From contig NC_057752.1 in assembly GCF_004010195.1 (NCBI RefSeq), forward strand, positions 2,121,199 through 2,185,198: DNA of 64,000 bases, read 5' to 3'. Shown piece by piece: positions 54,196-64,000 of the stretch (the first letter of the stretch is position 1; each line of letters opens with the position of its first letter). The position numbers and the translations under genes are program-made. The notes below the pieces were generated by a model, which did no database searches, was not told the DNA's origin, and saw only the letters and a program-made list of their open reading frames with translations. The DNA comes from Chiloscyllium plagiosum (lineage: Eukaryota).

Positions 54196-56000
54196 ATGTC
54201 TTAAGTGAATATTGTTTACATGTTATTCGTGCATCTTATTGAACCAAGCCTTTCCCAACCATATAGTATAACAAGGGTTGGCAACTGGGCAACAAGGCTT
54301 CAGTTACTGACCTATATATGGCAAATTAATTCACTGATGAATTTTCCTTTACTCAGTACACTGACACTTTGAAGTGTACTTTCACGCTAGTCTTATCTTG
54401 TGCTGTGATTTCGGCAGCCAGTAATTTTAAGGAAAGCTATTTCTGTATGAGGGTGTCAGATTGTGAAACATCCCACTTTTTATTTGCTCTGTCAAGAAAT
54501 TTGCAAAAGGTCTTGCAGTATCTAAGACCATCTTATACTTGCTGAATGCAGTATACCTGCAGTGGTTTGAATGGTTTCTTTGGCATTCTTATTTTCATAT
54601 AATTATTGTTACCCCTCAGAGCTTTGGTGACATTCAGGTCCCAGGTGTGATTGTTTTAATGTTACTAGTGTGCCCAGGTTTAAATTGGCTTTCAGTTCTC
54701 TGAATCAAGCCCATGACTTGTAGTCCCCAGGTTCTTTTGGTGCATATGCCCAAGGTACATTAACATTAGAAAATTCACAGTGATGGCATGCTGAATGACA
54801 ACCTTGTTCCAACAGTCTGCATTCATTGGATGGCAATGTTGCATTAAAGAGCAGCTTGAGTTAGCTCTTTAGACATTGGGGAAAGAAATAGGTCTCCAGG
54901 ATCACGATATCCAAAGCCATTTATGTAGGTCCGTGATTATAAATACGTTTGGCATGCAGTAGAGGAATTGTCAACCATCTCTCAAGATCTTAGCCACTGT
55001 CTTCCACCTGCACCCACTGCAATCTTTCAGTCTCTGTATTCACTTCACTGGTTAAAGGCTTTGAAAATGCAAGGAGCTCATTTTTTTGATGGCAGCCAAC
55101 CTGTCAAGTTGCACGTTCATCAGGAAATGTAGATGTAACCTGAAGATGGGTCAGAAATAAAGCCTTCTAAATGTCCTGCATTACCTGCTTACAGGGTGAG
55201 ATTCTGTGAGGCATGTTGGGCAGTAACTGTGGTGGAACTGATATATCTATTTTTCATCCAAACTGACTTTTCAAAGCAATACTGGTGGTATTCCCTATTT
55301 TACACTCGATAATTTCCTGTCTGAAATAGATGAAAGAAACAGACTAATGGGTAGCAGCAAGAAATTCACAGCAAATGCTTTTACTGTATAAAGTATTTGG
55401 GGGTGGTTTTACAGCAGGTTACATTGAAGATGGACAGTTCAGAATTTATTCAAGAAAAACAGTTGCTGATGGTTTGCATTTGCACTGTTCAATTTTCTGG
55501 CGAACTTTCTGGTAATATAGAAGCAAGAACATGCTGCTGACCCTTTGCCCGTTTATTTATATTGCATTTTTATTCATTTCCTATATTTAGTTCTTCTAAT
55601 TCACAATCTCACAAACAAAGGAGGGGTTAGTTTTCCCGCATCTAAAATGCCAGCCTGTAGTTTTTCACCAGGATGCATCAAGGAAGGCACAAATCTCCCA
55701 TCTGCCCTTTTTCTCACTCCTTCTGGAGAGACAGTACCCTCAACTGAACCTGGTCTAAGTTGAGAATTACCTTTGTCCCTCATGACAGATGAAAACCTCC
55801 CTTGTGCTTGTTGTTGTTTAACAAAGTCAAATCCCCATTTATAAAGGATGTGTTCACAATTTTGTTACACAAAAAAGTCTTCATTGTTCAATTCATGCAA
55901 TGGATCCCTATGGAAGGAGGAGTGAACCGCTGAACAGGTTTCCCACCTGGTTTTGAACTTCTGTATCGATTCAGGTGCTTGATTTGACGACTGCATTGAA

Positions 56001-56915
56001 CATAGAACATAGAACAGTACAGCTTAGGAATAGGCCCTTTGGCCCACTGTGGTGTGCTGAACATGACACCAAATTAAACTAATCCCTTCTACTATGGTCC
56101 ATATCCCTCCAGTCCTTGCTTATTCATGTGCTTATTCAAAGGTCTTTTCAACACCCCTATTGTATCTGCCCCCATCACTAACCCTGGGAGTGCACTCCAG
56201 GCTCCTACCACTCTCTGTGTAAATAAGTTGTCCCTTATGTCTCCTTTGAATTTTCCCTATCTCACCTTAACTGCATGCCCCTTAACATTAGATATTTCAA
56301 CACTGAGAAAATAAGATTCTGACCGTCAACCCTATCTATGCCTCTCATAATTTTACAGACTTCTATCAAGTTTCCCCTCAGCCTCCACCACTCGAGAGCA
56401 AGCAACCGTAGTTTGTCCAGCCTCTCCTTGTAGCTCATACCCTCTAATCCAGACAGCACCTTGATAAACCTTTTCTGCACACTCTCCAAAGCCTCCAGAT
56501 CTTTTCTGCAATGTGGTGACCAGAATTGAACACAATACTCTTCCATGCAGTCTAGCCAAAGTCTTATAAAGCTGCAACATGACAACCTGACTCTTGTACT
56601 CAATTCCTTGACAAATAAAGGCAAGCATGCCATACACCTTCTCTACCACCCTATCTACTTGTGTGGTCACTTTCAGGGAGCTATGGACTCGGATCCCAAA
56701 ATCCCTCTCTACATCAACACTGATAAGTGTCCTGCCATAAACTGTATATTTTCCCTTCACATTTGATCTTCCAAAGTGCATAACCTCATACTTGCCTGGA
56801 TTAAACTCCATCTGCCATTTCTCCGCAAATACTGTAACTGATCTATATTCTGCTGTATGCTTTGCCAACCTTCTACACTATCTACAACTCCCTTGATCTT
56901 TGTGTCATCTGCAAT
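56001..56915 (-). mobile_element. CR1 LINE 3' fragment
   Basis: AEKWQMEFNPGKYEVMHFG and EYCVQFWSPHCRKD; CATAGAACATAGAAC tail. Confidence 0.88.
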
Positions 56916-57187
56916 TGGCTGAGAACCCAGAAAAAGTTACTTCCCCTCCCCTGCCCAATTTCAATGAAAAATGGTGTGTGATACAAGAAAATACAAAGTG
57001 GTGAAACAAAATCCACCCCATGTTACCTGAAGTCAGAATCCCAACTGATATTCTGAAAAAAATTGTAGTATAAGTGTTCACTTAGCAAAAATATATAAAT
57101 AAAATGGTATGAAGGCAAAATGCAGACTTTCATTATGTGCCCTTGTGGAAACTAAATTCCATACATGACCTGTTACATTTCTTTCAG

Positions 57188-57329
57188 CCAATGTCCTGAA
57201 GGGTATATGTGTATGAAGGCAGGAAGAAATCCTAACTATGGGTACACCAGTTTCGACACGTTTGGTTGGGCTTTTCTAGCCTTGTTTCGACTCATGACGC
57301 AGGATTTCTGGGAAAATTTGTACCAGCTA
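57188..57329 (+). CDS. scn8a: Nav alpha subunit exon 8 (DI pore loop, D of DEKA), 142 nt
   Basis: TTTCAG acceptor; [47 protein letters not shown]; donor CTA|GTAAGT. Confidence 0.94.
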
Positions 57330-57480
57330 GTAAGTGACAAGGCATTTTATCCTTGTGTGTTTGTATGTTATTTAATTTGCTCATTTTCATACACAATCAG
57401 TATACAAGCTTGTTGTGTGAACAGTTACAATCACTGGCAATAGATTCTAACCCAGTCGATCAAACAATCTAAACCTTTTT

Positions 57481-57806
57481 CATAGAATCCTTCAGTGTCG
57501 AAAGAGGCCATTCAGACCATCAAGTCCACCCCGACCTTCCAAACAGCATCCCACCCAGACCCTCCCCTATCCCTGAAACCCCACATTTCCCATGGCTAAT
57601 CCACCTAACCTACACATCCCTGGACACTATGGGCAATTAATCATGGCCAATCCACCTAATCTGCACATCTTTGGACTGTAGGAGGAAACCAGAGCACCTG
57701 GATATGGGAGAATGTGCAAACTCCACACAGACTGACAGTCACCTGAGGCTAGAATCGTACCCGGGTCCCTGGCGCTGTGAGGCAACAGTGCTAACCACTG
57801 AGCCAC
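57481..57806 (-). mobile_element. Older HE1-like V-SINE
   Basis: Reverse-complement head and V domain, about 150 nt downstream of exon 8. Confidence 0.78.
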
Positions 57807-59379
57807 AATTTTGTGCAGGGAGTTTATTGCCCGTGCCAGTCCAACAGTCACACTTGTTCCTCCCTCCTTTATCAATAATTCCTAACTAACCTGTTCAGAG
57901 ATTTTATTGTACATCTTTGTAGCAGTTGGGAGTCGAACCCAGGCTTCAGCCTCTTATTCTGAGACTGTGTCCCCCTCTCCACTGTGTTCCTGATTCCTCA
58001 GACAGGGGAAACAATCTCTCAGTATTGACCCTGTCAGGACCCTTTAGAATCATGTCTGTTTCAATAAGTTTCCCTCTCAATCTTCTAAACTAAAGAGGAT
58101 ATCACCCCAGTTTACTCAGCATTTCATCCCAGGGATCAGTCTCATGAACCTTCACTATACCACCTCCATTGCAAGTGCATCCTTCTTTAAATACAGGCGA
58201 AAATTGCTCACATTACTCCAAATGTGGTGTCATTATTATTGAGGCAAGGCTTCCCATCTCCAGTTACCTTGCAATAAAGGCTGACATGCCATTTCATGTA
58301 GTTTCAGTAGTTGCTAAGTTCATTTTAAAAGCACACATTTGAGATGTTGGTATATTTTATAAACCTTATAGACATGTGGGAAATTGTTTACTGCATCCAA
58401 CAGCAATTTGAACTTTTACAGTATCTTTCATATAGAACACTGTCCAAAGCTCTTCATAAAGATATTGTCAAAAAGTAGAAGGAATGAGAATTTAGGAGCA
58501 ATGGTGGTCAGAGATTTCATTTTAAGGAGAATCACTTGAAAGGACTGGGAGGTGTTTGGTGATGGAAGAACTTAGGGGAGAAATTTCAAGAGCATAATGT
58601 CGAGGTAGCTAAAGTATGCGCAGCAGTGTTAGACAGAAACAATAGGAAATCCCACAGAGATTTTTTTTAAAAATCCGGAAGAGCTTTCACCAGAGGTAAA
58701 TATTCAGAAGAAAATGGCATCAAAGTACAATAATAGAATGAAGAGCAAAGAAGCAGATATCTGGGCTCTGGTGGATTTTTGGGTCCTGGTGGTTTTCTGG
58801 GGCCTTTTCTTTAAACCGTAGTATTCGCAAGATACTATCTACAATGTCCCAAATATCTTTGGAAACAGGAATTCTGCCAAAGGATTGGAAGGCAGCAGAT
58901 GGTTCACTCCTGTTCAAAAGAGGTGAAAGGGTTCAAGCATGAGATTCACAGATAGTCTTGTCCCAATTGTGAATCAACGTTTAGATCCCCAGTGAGGTGT
59001 GGGGGGTGGTGGTGGTGGTGTAGGTACAGGTTGTGTTTGGCTAATTTTATTGTATGTTGGACAGGGCATTTGTTAAATAAATGCAGTTGTTGTGTATATA
59101 TTAAATTCCAGGAAATAATTGACCAAATGCCAAGGAAGACACTCAGTATAAAGATGAGGCGTATGGTTATAAGGAGAAGATATAGCCTCATGGATAGAGT
59201 GATATCTGGGGGTAGATAGCACGGAGTACATCTTTTTTTCTAATTGGTAGAAAGATCTGAATTGGAATCTCTCATATCTTCTCATTAGGTATATGATTTA
59301 GACATAGCCAGACAAAGAATTACAGCAAAATTTAAATTTTCAAATCAAGCCCGCACTCTTGACTTATTTTGAACCAGAC

Positions 59380-59614
59380 AGTAGTGATTGTAACAGGTCA
59401 GCCAGGTGGACCTCATAGAATGTGAGTTCCCTGATTGGGGCCGTTAACCTGATTTAATTAGGGAGCCCTGGCTGACAGATATAAACAGGAATGTCAGAGG
59501 TTCTGTTCACTCTGAGAGCTGCCTCTGAGGGAGCTGGATCAGAGTCAAGGACTCTCCACGTATAAATAAGGGGAGACTTAATGACAGGATACTGGCCTCT
59601 GTGGAGTTATTTCA
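59380..59614 (+). mobile_element. Solo LTR of the Gypsy family seen at 27061
   Basis: Colinear with 27061-27294 (GTAGTGATTGTAAC...GGAGTTA.TTCA) with no internal sequence; sits between CR1 fragments. Confidence 0.85.
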
Positions 59615-59619
59615 CACAT

Positions 59620-60215
59620 TGTAGCCATTTAGAGTACAAGAGCAGGGAGGTGATGTTGAACTTGTACAAGACCCTTGTTAGACCTCAGCTGGAGGGTTGT
59701 GTCCAGTTGTGGGCCCCTCACTGTAGGAAAGATGTGAACACATTGGAGAGAGAGGGCAGAAGGGATTTACCAGAATGGTTCCAGGGATGACAAACTTCAG
59801 TGAGGAGGAGAGATTGAAGACATTGGGACTGTTCTCCTTGGAGAGAAGAAGGCTGAGAGGGAGATCTGAGAGAGGGTTCCAACATCATGGGGGAGGGGCT
59901 GGACAGAATAGATCGGGACAAGCTGTTCCCACATGGAAAAGGAACAGGAATGAGAGGGACAGAGATTGAAAGGAATGAGGTGAAGGGGAGGTGAGGCGAG
60001 TAGTTAGGGTCTGGAATGTACTACCTGGGAATGTGGGGGAGGCAGTTCCATTGAGGCATTCAAGAGGGACATTGGATGGTTATTTGGCTAAAAATGATTT
60101 GCAAGGGCACAGGGGAAAGGCAGGGGATTGGCACGAGGGAACGATGCTCACTTGATGAGCTGGTGCAGCACAATGGGATAAATGGCATCATTCTGCACTG
60201 TAATAATTCTGTGAT
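59620..60215 (+). mobile_element. CR1 LINE 3' fragment
   Basis: LYKTLVRPQLEGCVQLWAPH and LGLFSLERRRLRG. Confidence 0.85.
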
Positions 60216-61563
60216 CTAATTGACTCACTTAAATTGCCCCTCATGGAACTAATACCCTAACAAAAAGCCAAGATATTCAGGAGATTATACAGAAGGTAGA
60301 AAATTGAGAAGAAAGATGCTTTTTTCAGGGTTGGTTGGTGGAGGGAATAAAACTTGCATACTAACTTGATTTGCCCTTCTAAAATGCAACAGAATTGTTC
60401 ATTTTTTGGCACTTAGCAACTTATGAGTAACATCCATAGGCTAACTGTGTCTAAAATAGCAGTTCCGTTCCTGGCAGTTGTCCTGACTCCAATCTGCTCC
60501 TGCTGCACAATATCAACCTGCTGTTCCTCTCCTTACCTGGCTCAAGGCCAGCAGCAGAGTCTGTGTGCAAACAGACCTGGATAACTGGAAACAGTCAGAA
60601 AAGAACTACAGAGAAGTGAAAACACAGGAAAGACAGTTTCGCGATCCATTGGAGAAAATGGTGATTTAAACACACATAGCTGACAACGATTTACCTGCAA
60701 TTTGCAAGATTCTATAATTGGTCTATTCATTGGTCAGATTGACCAACAATGGCACAGGACAACTGAAGGGCAATATTAATTCAATAATCAGAGCAGAATC
60801 TTAGAGTGCAGGGAAACTGTGTGTGCTTTGTGTGTAATATATGATGAATAGGTTTCCGTATTGTAAGAACATAAGAAATAGGAGCAGGAGTAGACCTTTT
60901 GACCCCTCAAGCCTCTTATACTATAATGTATAGGAACAGAATTAGGCCATTTGGCCTACCAAGTCTGTTTTGCCATTTGGTCATGGCTGATATAATTGCT
61001 CTTCTGCAATTCAGTGCAATTATGGATGATCTGATTGTAAATTTAACTTCACTTTCCTGCCCTCCAGAATTATTGATTCCATTGTGAATCAAAAATCTGT
61101 CTATCTCCACCTTGATGTTTTGCGACATATGAAACATGACACAGACAAGCTTTTCCCAAAATGGTTGAAGAAAAAGCTATTTAGCCCAAAGGGTCTGTTC
61201 CTATCCCATCTCGGGTAAATGTACCATAACGCGGGTCTATTTAATTTTCAGAGGAAAAATTTCAGTTTAACTATTTCCTGATTCCAAAGGCATTTGAGAA
61301 AAACTGCAGGATATTCATCTACCAACACGCTTCCACTATTCATAGTTGACACCCTTACACAGAATTCCAGTTGCATGGAGCATTTGAGAGCCTCGGTCTT
61401 TACATACCCCTTATAACCTCCAGTTCTATTGCCACCCAAATATCTGTCCCACCACTTCTCGGAGGAAGTGAGACCATAAGACATAAGAACAGAAGTAGAC
61501 CATTCAGCCCATTGAGTCTGCTCCGCCATTCAATGAGATCGTGGCTGATCTGATAATCCTCAA

Positions 61564-62136
61564 AGCTGAAAATGTGTTGCTGGAAAAGCGCAGCAGGTCA
61601 GGCAGCATCCAAGGAGCAGGAGAATCGACGTTTCGGGCATGAGCCCTTCTTCAGGAATGAGGAAAGTGTCTTCCATCTGGGTTGTACGGTATTGGAACTG
61701 GTCCTCTTGGAAGCAGATGCGGCGGAAACGAAGGAATTGGGAATATGGGATGGCATTTTTACAGGAGGCAGGGTGGGAGGAGATGTAGTCTACGTAGCGG
61801 TCGGTTTATAGTAAATGTCCGTGTTGATTCGGTCGCCCGAGATAGAAATGGAGAGGTCTAGGAAGGGGAGGGAGGAGTCTGAGATGGTCCAGGTAAATTT
61901 GAGGTCGGGGTGGAAGGTGTTGGTAAAGTGGATGAACTGTTCAACCTCCTCGTGGGAGCACGAGGCAGCGCCGATACAGTCATCGATGTAGTGGAAGAAA
62001 AGATGGGGGGTGGTGCCAGTGTAGCTGTGGAAGATGGACTGTTCCACATATCCTATGAAGAAGCAGGCATAGCTGGGGCCCATGCGGGTGCCCATGGCTA
62101 CTCTGATCTCCAGCATCTGTAGTCCTCACTTCCTCC
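61564..62136 (-). mobile_element. Rearranged Penelope-like element (RT fragment and terminus) inserted in a CR1 3' end spanning 61474-62560
   Basis: MGTRMGPSYAC..YIDD..LPFLDL..YYKPT; direct repeat CTGATAATCCTCAA at 61550-61563 and 62137-62150. Confidence 0.88.
61627..61654 (-). ncRNA. Minimal type I hammerhead ribozyme motif, intact core, in a Penelope terminus
   Basis: Minus strand reads CUGAAGA-A-GGGC-UCAU-GCCC-GAA-ACGU-C. Confidence 0.7.
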
Positions 62137-63239
62137 CTGATAATCCTCAACCCCACTTTCCTGCCTTTACTCCATAACCCTTGATTCCCTTCCTGATTAA
62201 AACTCTGTCTGTCTCAGCCTTGAATATACTGAATGACCCAGCATCTACAACCTTCTGTGGTAAAGAATTTCACAGATTCACTCCCCTCTGTAAGAAGAAA
62301 TTCATCTTCATTTCTGTCTTAAATGCAAAACTCCTTATTCTGAGATGTTGCCCTATGGTCCTAGACTCTCCCACTCTCCTGTTTCTCCGCTGCCAAGTCC
62401 TCTAAGAATCTTGTGTGTTTCAATAAGGTTGCCTCTCATTCTTCTAACCTCCAGTGAGTACAGGTCCAACCTACTCAACCTTTTCAACCTTTTCTCATAA
62501 GAGAGTCCCTCCATACCCAATGTCAGCTGAGCAGATAAGGGGCCCAAAACTGTTTGCAATATTCTAGATATGTGTATAAATGCATGTACCAATTTTAAAG
62601 AAGGATTAACCCAATTAATTTGAATAATTGAACACACATTTTAACTAAAGTGTAACAAAGTGTTCAAGAGATTGCTATATAGTTGGTGTCAGCAGTATAT
62701 TGTGTTATTAACTATGGAGTGTTGATAAACTTGCAAAACCATGTCACGGGTTCACAGTCTCGGGTGCTTGGCCTGTTGTTTCATGTGATGGGAACTCATT
62801 GCAAAACCGTCTATCTCCGATCTATTTACTCTCCAGCAAATGAATTTTCAAAATTGCTTCTCTGGTTCCAACTTATCTGGGGACATGCTTTGTGCATTCA
62901 TATTGTACCAATTTCAGAGCTTCGACTCAGCTGACATTGCAGTGCAGTACTGAGGGAGAGCAGAATTTTCTAAGATGCTGCCCTACAGATGAAATGTTAA
63001 GCCAAGGTCATGTCTGTTCACATGGGTATGAGGGATCCCTTGGCAATATTTGAAGAAAGTTTTCCCAATATCTTAGCAAAGTTCTTTCCTCAACCAACAC
63101 TGTCAAAATATTTGTAAGAACAGTAGCGACATTTGCCCATATGAATATCCACTGACTATGAAGTGCTTTGAACTGTTTTTGAGATATAGTAAGGTCTCTA
63201 TAAAAATGCCACAAACAGTGAGAGGTTTTATAACTGATA

Positions 63240-63530
63240 TATGAGGTAGGAGAAGAGAAAGGCAGAGATTTGATAGACAATTACAAGGGGACTAGGCAGA
63301 GTAGATGGAGAGAAACCATTCCCATTGACTGAAGGGAAACCAGGGGGCACCGATTTAAAATGATTGGCAAAAGAGGAGTTGCCAACATGGAGAAAAACCC
63401 ATTCACTTGGGGAAATGGTTGGGATCTGGAATGCCTTGCCTGAGGGTGTGGTGGAAGCAGATTGGATCACTGTTGTCAAAAGAGAATTGGATAAACAACT
63501 GAAAAGAATAGAATGTGGAATATGGAAGCA
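63240..63530 (+). mobile_element. Degraded CR1 3' fragment
   Basis: VGIWNALPEGVVEAD.IT..KRELDK motif. Confidence 0.7.
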
Positions 63531-63639
63531 TGAGCACAATGGAATGAGTGACCAGCCTCATGTGATACAACCATCCTATGAATCTATAATAAGCTGATAG
63601 ATGGGTGTCACTGTACCCATGTTTGATTATTGAAAGTGA

Positions 63640-63960
<321 letters not shown>

Positions 63961-64000
63961 TAAAATAAGAAATAATCATTCTGTTGGTATCCATAGCAAC

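Overview
Eukaryotic genomic DNA from a cartilaginous fish (inferred from HE1-type V-SINEs and shark-type CR1/Penelope repeats). The window lies inside a + strand voltage-gated sodium channel alpha-subunit gene, best matching scn8a/Nav1.6. It holds the domain I exons, numbered by the 5N/5A convention: 3 (10049-10138), 4 (14289-14417), 5N (24761-24852), 5A (24955-25046), 6 (42676-42903), 7 (50978-51041), 8 (57188-57329) and 9 (63691-63897). All phases join into one frame. Exon 3 follows a U12-type AT-AC intron acceptor. 5N/5A are mutually exclusive, differ by one residue (N/D) and are followed by three TGCATG motifs. The introns contain CR1 and L2-like LINEs, SINEs, Gypsy remnants, a 42-bp minisatellite and Penelope-like insertions. 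The Penelope-like insertions carry minimal hammerhead ribozyme motifs (two intact), inverted-terminus hairpins and 10-20 bp target-site duplications. Repeat boundaries are approximate. Family names and human comparisons come from recall, not database searches.
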